The translations under genes and the position numbers were made by a program. Of a stretch of 64,000 nt of DNA, positions 55,298-63,398 are shown in pieces. The stretch lies in IMG/VR virus record IMGVR_UViG_3300044678_002668, positions 15,503 through 79,502 of that record; one strand, 5' to 3'. How positions within the stretch are numbered: position 1 is the stretch's first letter; the number at the start of each line of letters is the position of its first letter. Origin of the DNA: a virus. The notes beneath the pieces are model-generated. The model was not told the DNA's origin. It saw nothing but the letters and a program-made list of their open reading frames with translations, and made no database searches.

Positions 55298-55455
55298 TAT
55301 TTCTTCTCCGGTAAGTTTTTATATTTTAGCTTACCTTTATTTTCTTTTGTAAACTCTTCAGCTTCTTTTTTAGTTAAACCTTTTTCTTTTCGTAAGTTTG
55401 GGTTATTTTGGAGAGCTTTGAAGAATCTGAATTGTCTTTTACTTTTTGCTGGCAT
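55297..55455 (-). CDS. small basic protein (52 aa)
   Basis: Hand-translated MPAKSKRQFRFFKAL...LPEKK; AAGGA RBS; coupled to next gene. Confidence 0.65.
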   Translation of the reverse strand: MPAKSKRQFRFFKALQNNPNLRKEKGLTKKEAEEFTKENKGKLKYKNLPEKK

Positions 55456-55568
55456 GGGCAGGTTTCCTTACAATCTTTCTTTAAACTATATCTACAAGTT
55501 CCACATTTTATCCAACCGTGAAGTTCTGGATGGGTTGTCATCCATCCTAAGCATATGGGACAAGTCAT
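55374..55568 (-). CDS. small Cys-rich protein
   Basis: CPIC...CGTC zinc ribbon. Confidence 0.45.
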   Translation of the reverse strand: MTCPICLGWMTTHPELHGWIKCGTCRYSLKKDCKETCPCQQKVKDNSDSSKLSKITQTYEKKKV

Positions 55569-55571
55569 TAA

Positions 55572-56363
55572 TTACTCAACCCACTGGATAATTAAATATC
55601 CATCTCCACCATTGCCGCCATTAGCTCCGTTTTCAAAAGTGTGGCCACCACCACCACCGCCTCCACCACTACCTAAAGAACCGCTGGTTCCAGCAGTGGC
55701 ATTTACAGCGGGGTTTCCTGCATCGAGACTTCCTCTACCTCCAGCACCACCAGCGCCAATGGAAGCTCCACCGCCTCCACCACCGCCACCACGAGATCCA
55801 AAAGGACCTGGAGCAGATCCGTTGGGACCTCCGGCTCCACCAGAAGCATGAAGCGTAGCTTGACCAGAAGATCCATTTTGACCTGTACGGCCTCCTCCAC
55901 CGCTGTGAGCGGCTGGCATAGCTTCAGTGGGCTTACCTGCACCGTTTCCACCTTGACCGTTACCTGCGGCTTGAGGTAATCCGTTACCTTGAGCAGCTAC
56001 TCCGTTACCCGCTCCACTACCACCAACACCTCCTAAAAAGGTTTTAGTGTCAAAAATAGTGTCTCCACCATTTAAACCAGCACTAGCCGCTATAGATGGA
56101 TTATTTGATCCAGCTCCTCCTGTACCACCAGCTCCAATAGTAACTCCATAAACTAATCCAGGACTTACATATAAAGGTGTTTCTAAAATAGGAGCACCAG
56201 CTCCTCCAGCTCCACCCGTACCAGAAGTAGCTGAAGCAGCGGCACAACCTCCACCGCCGCCTCCGCCTCCTCCACCACATCCCCATAAACGCACTTCAGT
56301 GACACCAGCAGGACATCGCCAAGTTCCAGAAGAAGTAAATACAACAGAACGTAATTTTGCCAT
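55572..56363 (-). CDS. glycine-rich tail-associated protein
   Basis: FTSSGTWRCPAGVT..GGGGGG...GGDGYLIIQW glycine-rich domain. Confidence 0.8.
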   Translation of the reverse strand: MAKLRSVVFTSSGTWRCPAGVTEVRLWGCGGGGGGGGGGCAAASATSGTGGAGGAGAPILETPLYVSPGLVYGVTIGAGGTGGAGSNNPSIAASAGLNGGDTIFDTKTFLGGVGGSGAGNGVAAQGNGLPQAAGNGQGGNGAGKPTEAMPAAHSGGGGRTGQNGSSGQATLHASGGAGGPNGSAPGPFGSRGGGGGGGGASIGAGGAGGRGSLDAGNPAVNATAGTSGSLGSGGGGGGGGHTFENGANGGNGGDGYLIIQWVE

Positions 56364-56369
56364 ATAGAC

Positions 56370-57341
56370 TTACTCCTTAAACCAATTAGTACCGTCGCTA
56401 AAGATTACAACGGAACCCCAGAATCCACCTTGAGAGTAAAATTCTTGGTTAAAAGCCACACCATCAATCTGCTCTGAACCAGAACGAACAAGGGTAATTT
56501 TATTAGATGGAGAAGATCCTTTAATATTTAAACGTACCCAAGCTCCAGTTACAGGAGTGGGTAAGGTCATATTAATATTAGCTCCAGTAGGAGTAATGAG
56601 ATAAGTTTTTCCACTAACCATAGTGGTATTTGAATTTACTGCCACTACATCAAACTGAGAAGCAGAAATAAGGTTATCAATATCGTCTTGAAGTTCTTCT
56701 AAAGCTTCTTGCACTTCAGTGGCTGTTAAATTACCAGAAGGAGTTACACTAATGGCAGAAGCATCGTGTGCATCAATAGTATCAGAAATATGATTATCAA
56801 GATTGTCTTGGATTTCTTCTAAAGCCGCTTGAGCATCAATGGCCGTATTAGTGCCAAAAGGAGCCACACTGATTGCTGAAGCGTCATGAGCATCTATTGT
56901 ATCTGATAAGTGATTAGAAAGATTAGTGGCGTTAGTATTTAGTTGCGTTTGAATATCAGAAGTTACATTATCTAAATATCCAAGCTCCGTTGTGGTGATG
57001 GAACTATCCACCATAACACCACTTCCATCATTAACTAATACCCTATTAGATGTACCAGAAGCTAGTTTAGAACGGGCAATATTGGCTCCAGCTTTAATAT
57101 TGCCGTCATCAATATTTGTAAGAGTGTTACTATCAGCATCAATGCTTTTATTAGTTAAAGTGGCCGTATTAGATTCTGATTGAATGGTGGTGCCTGTAGA
57201 AGGAAGCGTAACGCTTAAATCTACGTTAGGACTGGAAATTGTATAGTTTCCTTGTCCAGCATTAAAGATTAAGTTTTTAGCTCTGTTTACGATATTTTGT
57301 ACCGCTATAGATCCAAAAAACTTTTTAGGAACTAGTGCCAT
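56370..57341 (-). CDS. tail fibre-like protein
   Basis: TLTNKSID, IARSKLA, two HDASAIS repeats, C-terminal SDGTNW. Confidence 0.7.
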   Translation of the reverse strand: MALVPKKFFGSIAVQNIVNRAKNLIFNAGQGNYTISSPNVDLSVTLPSTGTTIQSESNTATLTNKSIDADSNTLTNIDDGNIKAGANIARSKLASGTSNRVLVNDGSGVMVDSSITTTELGYLDNVTSDIQTQLNTNATNLSNHLSDTIDAHDASAISVAPFGTNTAIDAQAALEEIQDNLDNHISDTIDAHDASAISVTPSGNLTATEVQEALEELQDDIDNLISASQFDVVAVNSNTTMVSGKTYLITPTGANINMTLPTPVTGAWVRLNIKGSSPSNKITLVRSGSEQIDGVAFNQEFYSQGGFWGSVVIFSDGTNWFKE

Positions 57342-57343
57342 AG

Positions 57344-57802
57344 TTAAGCCTCAATTCCTGTTGCTCGGAACCTAATATTAGAAGTTCCAGTCGCAATTAC
57401 TCCACTTGTGTACACAACACTGCCACTATTTACAGCTAAAGTAATGTCTGTTGGCACTGACCCACTATCATATTCAATATTGTAATCCCAATCTGCTCCA
57501 GTGCTAATCATGGTGAGATAGCCAGTTTCACGAGTAGTATTACGAATAATAGAAAATTCAATTTCTACCCGTCGATACAAAGACGGGTTAAAGGTCAATA
57601 AAGTAATTACTGCATTAGTTTGAGAGTTTAAAAGAGTTTGAGTTGTTACTGGTACGAAAAGAGAAAAGGAGTTTACTTGGTTAGATACGTCTACAATCCA
57701 ATCTGTGACGTTTTCTCCCCAAAAACTATCTAATGGGTTAGCTCCTTGATTTGGAATCTGATATGTGTTGGAGCCAACTGTTACTTGGGTGGTATTAGAC
57801 AT
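57344..57802 (-). CDS. virion structural protein
   Basis: GAGG RBS; WGENVTDW motif. Confidence 0.7.
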   Translation of the reverse strand: MSNTTQVTVGSNTYQIPNQGANPLDSFWGENVTDWIVDVSNQVNSFSLFVPVTTQTLLNSQTNAVITLLTFNPSLYRRVEIEFSIIRNTTRETGYLTMISTGADWDYNIEYDSGSVPTDITLAVNSGSVVYTSGVIATGTSNIRFRATGIEA

Positions 57803-57835
57803 TATAAGTCCTCAAAATTACTAGGTATAGGTCAT

Positions 57836-57848
57836 ATATTATTTGTTA
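57836..57848 (-). promoter_or_regulatory. putative late promoter motif
   Basis: TAACAAATAATAT, intergenic. Confidence 0.65.
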
Positions 57849-57853
57849 AACGC

Positions 57854-58261
57854 TTAAGGTTTGAATACCCGTACCTTTCTAGCTGATCTTGTGCCTGTAT
57901 CTAAATGAACCCAACCTTTTGTAAAGCTTGGATCTTCCATCCAAAGTCCGTGTTTTTCAAGAAGTTCTGGTCTTTCTAAAATAGCTTTAGCAAGCCTACC
58001 ATCAGGATCTTTAATGTCCATGGCTCTACCACTCATGTGATGGCTACGCTTGGCACTATTAGCCACTGAAGCGTTTATAGATGGTGGTCTCCATCCAGAA
58101 GATACATATGCAGGGCTAGGCCAATTTAAGTCAGCTAATAGAGCATTAACCCTATTTAAAAGGTTATCAGCATTTGCCTTTATTTCTTCTGTCAAATCTT
58201 GGGAATGTGATTTATCCCTACCCATGAAATACTCGGAAGAAGAGAACTTAGCTACCTTCAT
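57854..58261 (-). CDS. peptidase M15A family endolysin
   Basis: SSGWR, SHHMSGRAMD, WVHLD zinc motifs. Confidence 0.9.
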   Translation of the reverse strand: MKVAKFSSSEYFMGRDKSHSQDLTEEIKANADNLLNRVNALLADLNWPSPAYVSSGWRPPSINASVANSAKRSHHMSGRAMDIKDPDGRLAKAILERPELLEKHGLWMEDPSFTKGWVHLDTGTRSARKVRVFKP

Positions 58262-58271
58262 AATTACCTCA

Positions 58272-58284
58272 ATATTATTTGTTA
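58272..58284 (-). promoter_or_regulatory. putative late promoter motif
   Basis: TAACAAATAATAT, ~10 nt before endolysin ATG. Confidence 0.65.
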
Positions 58285-58286
58285 TA

Positions 58287-58668
58287 CAAAAGGCAATAGC
58301 AGACCTCTACTCCCCATTAGTAGCCCCACAGGTACGTAGGGTTTAATGCCGGGAAGCACGAATCTGTTGTTTTCCTATTAGGCACTAGAGAGTTTACAGC
58401 CACCATTTTCCTGGGGTTAACCAGTATGGGTTTAATGCTAGATCACTCACAGCAGAGCACACGGTTTTTTAGTCCCGTTTTGGCTTCTATCTTCTCTGCC
58501 CTAATAAGTTGTTTCCTGTAGGCTCATCCCGTTTTCTTGCTGCTATGCCTGGTCTTTTAGTGAGTGGGGCATAGGGTTTACTCCCACAGCCGGACTCGCT
58601 TACAGGTACCCAGCTTTCACTGGTACTTTGCCTGGTTTAAGGTCTTTTTCAGGCTACGCAATCGACCT
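58287..58668 (-). ncRNA. putative large structured ncRNA (~380 nt)
   Basis: No credible ORF; own sigma70 promoter; GAAA tetraloop hairpin; several crossing long-range helices. Confidence 0.7.
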
Positions 58669-58674
58669 AAATAC

Positions 58675-58703
58675 AGTATAGCAAAAGTGTTAAGGGGAGT
58701 CAA
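58675..58703 (-). promoter_or_regulatory. sigma70-type promoter of putative ncRNA
   Basis: - strand TTGACT-17 nt-TATACT with extended -10 TG. Confidence 0.8.
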
Positions 58704-58735
58704 ATAAAAAAGCCCCCTGGAAATACCAGAGGGCT
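58704..58735 (-). terminator. rho-independent terminator after major capsid gene
   Basis: AGCCCTCTGG-TATTT-CCAGGGGGCT followed by TTTTT. Confidence 0.88.
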
Positions 58736-58767
58736 AGAGCCTGAAAACCTAGTGACCTAGGCGGCTA

Positions 58768-59991
58768 TTAAGCAGCTTTTAGGTTGCTGATGATGAATGA
58801 GCGGCCAGGAGCAGAGCAGAAGAGGGCCTGATCTGTCCATGCACGCATTTCATAAGCAGTGGAGTTCTCAAGGTGCTTGAGGTACTGATCGCCCATGAGT
58901 GGGTCACGGAACGTAATGTCCGTAGAACCAACACGAACGAAGTCAGACTTACATACACCGTAAGCATAACCTTCTTTTACATAGACAGAAGGTACGATTT
59001 CAATCATACCGTTCTGACCAGCAAACTTAAGGCTCTTCGCACCGTTTTCCATCTGCTGTGAGCTGTATGAGCTGTCATACATGCGCTTAGCAGCTTGTTC
59101 AGTGAGAAGATCGTCGAAGTGGCCAGGGTTAACAAGCAATACTACGTCTTCGTCTAGACCTTTTTCAACAGCTTTTGAGATAGCGTTCTCAACAATAGCA
59201 AAAGTCAAGACACTTGCAGCGCCTGCTGGAGCATAAGCTGCGCCTTTCCAGAGGCTGTAAGAAGTGGCGTTGATGCCGAAGAGAGTGCCAGTGTTTGTTA
59301 GGATCTTATGAAGACCAGCCATTTCGTTACCATAAGCACCGTCATACCATAGTACGTCAGTGGCTACAGTGCCGCCAGGAACTGCATCTAGCGTGATGGC
59401 TTTGTTTTCAAAGTCAACCGCTGCAACAATTGCAGTACCACGAGCAGTGGCACCAGTAACGTCACGGATTTGGATTTTCATGCCTTCAGCACCAGCCCAA
59501 ATACCAGGAGCCCATTCAGCGTCTGTGATGGAAACTACAAGACCAACAACACCTTCTACAGTACCAATGCCCATGCCACCGTACATTAGTGCGGATTCAA
59601 GGCGCTTGGTTAGAGAGCGCATCATGTTGCCAACAACTAGCTTAGAAGCGTCTTTGAACGCCTTAGCGCCACCACCAAGGGTACGCTGGAGAGCTAGGTA
59701 GCTTAGAGCTGCTCGGATGTAGATTTCTGCACCCTTAACTTGAGCGGGTTTTGTAGCACCTGCAATGGCGTTGTTAAGAGTAACAACTGCACCACTGCCG
59801 TCTGCGTACGTAACACCGTGCTCTAGGCCAAGTACAACGTCGATTACGAACTGGTTACCTGGTTGTTTATCACGTTGGATAAAGGGAACCATGTTTAGGA
59901 GTTTCACCCCATCTGGGATGATTTCTTTCAAATCACCATACACGTCTTTTGCAAGACCATTAAGCGTGGTGAGATCATTCACTACTGCCAT
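58768..59991 (-). CDS. major capsid protein
   Basis: 407 aa, strongly biased codons, follows scaffold region, strong terminator; LxxLAKDVY N-terminus, MAGLHKI. Confidence 0.8.
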   Translation of the reverse strand: MAVVNDLTTLNGLAKDVYGDLKEIIPDGVKLLNMVPFIQRDKQPGNQFVIDVVLGLEHGVTYADGSGAVVTLNNAIAGATKPAQVKGAEIYIRAALSYLALQRTLGGGAKAFKDASKLVVGNMMRSLTKRLESALMYGGMGIGTVEGVVGLVVSITDAEWAPGIWAGAEGMKIQIRDVTGATARGTAIVAAVDFENKAITLDAVPGGTVATDVLWYDGAYGNEMAGLHKILTNTGTLFGINATSYSLWKGAAYAPAGAASVLTFAIVENAISKAVEKGLDEDVVLLVNPGHFDDLLTEQAAKRMYDSSYSSQQMENGAKSLKFAGQNGMIEIVPSVYVKEGYAYGVCKSDFVRVGSTDITFRDPLMGDQYLKHLENSTAYEMRAWTDQALFCSAPGRSFIISNLKAA

Positions 59992-60152
59992 AAAAATATC
60001 CTTTTTGCCCTTTACTCGGGCGGTTAGTTTACATTAAATATACTCACGTACATTCTCTATGAACTCTCCGCTTTCGACAGGATTGGTTGTCGCTCGCCTT
60101 TCGGTTGGAGCAAGCCTTGCCTAACTACTGGCTTTGACTAGAGAAACTTATA

Positions 60153-60165
60153 TTATTATTTGTTA
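60153..60165 (-). promoter_or_regulatory. putative late promoter motif for capsid gene
   Basis: TAACAAATAATAA, ~160 nt upstream of capsid ATG. Confidence 0.65.
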
Positions 60166-60259
60166 AATACTCGCCATTTCCGCTTTTTTTTAGCCGGAAC
60201 TGATCCGTATTGATCCTTAGCTAAACCTGCTAAGTTATTTAAATCATTAACTTCTTGGC

Positions 60260-60922
60260 TCATAACTCATCGTTTCCAATAAACGTTTTACGTGCCATAG
60301 CGTCTAACTCATCGTTTCCAATAAACGTTTTACGTGCCAAAGCGTCTTTAAGTTTTACAAGACGAGTATTTGCTTGACGAAGTTCTTTTTCTTTTCCAGG
60401 AATTTTTTCTAGTTCTCGAATGTATTTTTGAGTATTTTCAATTTCTTTTAGAATACGCCCTTCTTTTAAGGCTACCTGTGGAGATTTACCAATATTTGCA
60501 ACGGCTTTTTGAGATGCTTGAGCCGTTCCTGAAATAACATCTGCTTCTTTAGTGGCAAGTTTTGAAAGATTCTTTAATGTAGCTACGGTTTTAGGATTGA
60601 GATTATTTAATCCTCCAGCTAAAGGAATATCAACATTTCCTTGAGCAGCACCTAAATTAGAAGCTTGCATGTTTAAAGGAACTTGTTGTAATAAATATCG
60701 TTTTAAAGACTCTCCAATATTTTGAGAAGGATTTTCTTCATTATACTGATCTAAAGCGGCTTGCTTTTCTTCTAACTCAGCTTGCATTTGAGCATACATA
60801 TCTTTAACTTTATCATCAGCGCCACTAAATTGTTTTCTATCTGCTACAGGTTTTCCTGTAATTGGATCTACGTTTTGAGCACCAAATCGCTGTCTAAATC
60901 TAGATCTATAAGAATTATCCAT
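60260..60922 (-). CDS. hypothetical protein with C-terminal duplication
   Basis: ARKTFIGNDEL twice. Confidence 0.7.
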   Translation of the reverse strand: MDNSYRSRFRQRFGAQNVDPITGKPVADRKQFSGADDKVKDMYAQMQAELEEKQAALDQYNEENPSQNIGESLKRYLLQQVPLNMQASNLGAAQGNVDIPLAGGLNNLNPKTVATLKNLSKLATKEADVISGTAQASQKAVANIGKSPQVALKEGRILKEIENTQKYIRELEKIPGKEKELRQANTRLVKLKDALARKTFIGNDELDAMARKTFIGNDEL

Positions 60923-61196
60923 TTTTTAACCTTTTTAAACTTCCCCAGGTTCTTCCTGATTTGTGAGAAGAAAACTGTTTACCTTCTTTAGTGGCTTTTT
61001 GTTTTAATCGTATAGCTTTTTGTTTTTCTTCTTTGGTCATTTCTCCCCAAGTTTCGGGAGTTTTATTAGTTACTTTTTTAGTGGGTCGGCATTTAACTCT
61101 GCCTTTTCCTTTATAATCACCACACTCAGAGCCATCTTGAGCTTTCCATTTTTCTGCGTGCCAACGTGCTAAACCTGTTTTAGTGGGTTTACTCAT
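60915..61196 (-). CDS. small basic protein (DUF5872-like, C-terminal part)
   Basis: GLARWHAEKW..CG..CRPTKKVTNKTPET. Confidence 0.65.
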   Translation of the reverse strand: MSKPTKTGLARWHAEKWKAQDGSECGDYKGKGRVKCRPTKKVTNKTPETWGEMTKEEKQKAIRLKQKATKEGKQFSSHKSGRTWGSLKRLKNG

Positions 61197-61387
61197 TTGT
61201 ATTTTCCACCACGAGCTTTATATTCTTTTACAAGCCAAGAAGAACCATAAGCTGAAGGCCATACTTCAAATTTACGCATAGCCTCAGCTTTAACCTGTTT
61301 ATATAATTCAGGATTGGTTGGTCTGGGACCACTTGTAGCAGCCCCAGAACCTTTCTTTTTTTTAAAAGACCAATCTTTTCTAGCCAT
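61193..61387 (-). CDS. small basic protein (DUF5872-like, N-terminal part)
   Basis: PTNPELY..VK...WPSAY...VKEYKARGGKY. Confidence 0.65.
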   Translation of the reverse strand: MARKDWSFKKKKGSGAATSGPRPTNPELYKQVKAEAMRKFEVWPSAYGSSWLVKEYKARGGKYK

Positions 61388-62358
61388 TACCACCCACGCA
61401 ATAGATCTTTAATTTTTGTTTTTGGCTTTTCTGGTTCTTGTTTTTGTCCTCGTGGAGCAGCGGCAGCAGCAGATTCTCGCATTTGATTAGCTGTTGGAAT
61501 AGCTTTACGAGCAGCAGCTACTTTCTTTTTACGCACTCGGTCTAGGTTAGTACCCATTAAACGCTCAATAGCTTCTTCTGGCAAACGTCCAAACATTTCC
61601 TGAAGTTCTCGTTCCATTTGACTCTGTACAAATGGAAGTACGTCTTTTACTCGTACTTTTGTATATCCTAATTCAACAGCTTCATAAAGAGCGTCTGCAA
61701 GGCGTTTTACCATGTAAGTAGAACGAGGAATTTCAGCGGAAGTAAGAGCTTCATCAATATCCTTATCAAGCTGAGTAAAGGCTTCTTCTTCTAAACGAGC
61801 CCGTTCAGCGGCACGACGAGCATCTTCTTCAGCTTTCTTTTGCTCTTCAGTCATACGAAGTTTCTTTTCAAGTTCTTCAATACGACGTTGTTCGGGAGAT
61901 TTATTTAAGTTTTCAATCTCCTCGTTGATTACTCTCTCAGCAAGTTCTTTAACATTGATACCAATGTCAGGATGGCTTAATACAGCCAAAGGATTTTCTT
62001 TTAGAGCTTGCAAGAGACCTGCCATTTGTTTACGTACAGTGGAAGCTTCTTGAAACTTCTCATCAGCTCCTAGAGCTTTTTCTAGGGCCTTACGAAGTTG
62101 AGTTTCATCGTCAAGGTCAATCTCATATTCCATCTCTCGACCATTGACTTTAAGAGGAAGTTTCTTTTTTCCAAGAGACTTACGCTGCTCTTCTTGTACT
62201 TTAGCAGCCTCTTCTGGAAGAAGCTCTCCTCGCTCACCTTCAGCAGAACCATCAGCTTGCGCCTCATAGTTTTCGTTAAGTTCAGCTCCTTCTGCTCCTG
62301 TGTCCATTACTTCTTCTGACATTACTGGAGCATCTGCTCCTTGACTCATTTCTGACAT
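61387..62358 (-). CDS. capsid scaffolding protein
   Basis: Acidic N-terminus, LKVNGRE motif, long coiled coil, upstream of capsid. Confidence 0.75.
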   Translation of the reverse strand: MSEMSQGADAPVMSEEVMDTGAEGAELNENYEAQADGSAEGERGELLPEEAAKVQEEQRKSLGKKKLPLKVNGREMEYEIDLDDETQLRKALEKALGADEKFQEASTVRKQMAGLLQALKENPLAVLSHPDIGINVKELAERVINEEIENLNKSPEQRRIEELEKKLRMTEEQKKAEEDARRAAERARLEEEAFTQLDKDIDEALTSAEIPRSTYMVKRLADALYEAVELGYTKVRVKDVLPFVQSQMERELQEMFGRLPEEAIERLMGTNLDRVRKKKVAAARKAIPTANQMRESAAAAAPRGQKQEPEKPKTKIKDLLRGW

Positions 62359-62406
62359 AAAACATCCTTTCAGGGTAGTTTTGTTGGTTAAGTCCGCCCT
62401 TATGGG

Positions 62407-62550
62407 TTAGGACATTGAAAACAATAGATATAAAGTCATGGCATGTAATACTAGATTAAGAACTTCTAAACCAATTCTAGTGTAATTAAGCCTACGATTA
62501 GGTCGTATAGCTTTCTTAGTTTCTGGTATTACAGTTTGCAATTTTGCCAT
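62407..62550 (-). CDS. small membrane peptide (47 aa)
   Basis: Hand-translated MAKLQTVIPE...; hydrophobic C-terminus; preceded by late motif. Confidence 0.5.
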   Translation of the reverse strand: MAKLQTVIPETKKAIRPNRRLNYTRIGLEVLNLVLHAMTLYLLFSMS

Positions 62551-62559
62551 AAGTATTCA

Positions 62560-62572
62560 ATATTATTTGTTA
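62560..62572 (-). promoter_or_regulatory. putative late promoter motif
   Basis: TAACAAATAATAT. Confidence 0.6.
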
Positions 62573-63099
62573 TTTGCTTTTTTAATATTGTCTAAAGCCC
62601 ACAAAGGCTGTAAATTAGTATAATGACATAGAGAATATAGCTCTTCTTTGCTTTTAGCGGAGCTTAAAGGTATCTTGTGATCTATGTGCCATTTTCCAAA
62701 ATTGCTCCAAGACATATTTGGTAAAAATTGACTTTCTAAATGATTTTTTAAATCTTCAAAAGAACAACCCAACCACTCTTTCCACTCTCCCTTTTTCCAA
62801 CCTTTTCTTAAAACTAACCAAGTTCTAGTTCTTAAATTTTTTCTTAATTTAAAAAGAGGGTCTTTGCATTTTTCTTTCATATAACGTCTTCTAGAAGCTT
62901 TAAATTTTTCTCTATTTGCGTTTCTATACGAGTTATATAAAATTCTCATTTGTTCTTTGTTCTTATCTCTATAGTTTTTTGTTTTAATAGAGTTGTTTTT
63001 TCTGCAAGAAGAACAATTCTTAGCCACATAAAACTTTTTATTATGAAAAATTTCATACTCACAAATAGGAAAATTTTCCTTACAAGTTTTACAAATCAT
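62563..63099 (-). CDS. HNH endonuclease (endonuclease VII-like, free-standing)
   Basis: LGCS..LKNHLESQF..MSWSNFGKWHIDHKIP..HYTNLQPLW..NIKK. Confidence 0.85.
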   Translation of the reverse strand: MICKTCKENFPICEYEIFHNKKFYVAKNCSSCRKNNSIKTKNYRDKNKEQMRILYNSYRNANREKFKASRRRYMKEKCKDPLFKLRKNLRTRTWLVLRKGWKKGEWKEWLGCSFEDLKNHLESQFLPNMSWSNFGKWHIDHKIPLSSAKSKEELYSLCHYTNLQPLWALDNIKKANNK

Positions 63100-63386
63100 T
63101 TAAAACGCTCTTTTTTATTTCCTTTAAATACAGGAGAATTTGCAGACCAAAGTTTTTTACAAGCCCAGTAACGAGCTTTGAGCTTTGAGCCTGGAGTTTC
63201 GCAGTTGTGTCTGGCTTTAAAATTTTTTCTAGCTTCTTTAGAATAATTTGAGCTATATCCATCTGCACCAAAATGCACAAGACGTTCTTTACCGTCCTCC
63301 GTAGCTCTCACCATCATCTTTTTTCCTGGTCTTGTAGAAGATACTGGTTTATTTGCAGGAAGAGATTTCCAATTACGTTTTGCCAT
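63096..63386 (-). CDS. small basic conserved virus protein
   Basis: STRPGKKMMV..VHFGADGY..RKNFKARHNC..ARYWACKKLW. Confidence 0.75.
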   Translation of the reverse strand: MAKRNWKSLPANKPVSSTRPGKKMMVRATEDGKERLVHFGADGYSSNYSKEARKNFKARHNCETPGSKLKARYWACKKLWSANSPVFKGNKKERFK

Positions 63387-63398
63387 ATAATAATCCTA

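Noticed and set aside
52180-55851. + strand ORFs in the late region (e.g. 52180-52692, 52723-53121, 55555-55851 poly-Pro)
   Set aside because: They are antisense shadows of Gly/Ala/Thr-rich structural genes and lack RBSs.
51612-57341. Diversity-generating retroelement acting on the fibre genes
   Set aside because: There is no reverse transcriptase. The repeats are protein-level modules, not an adenine-specific TR/VR pair.
58287-58668. tmRNA, RNase P RNA or a coding region
   Set aside because: There are no tRNA-like ends or tag ORF and no RNase P P4 consensus. Only very short ORFs occur on the promoter strand.
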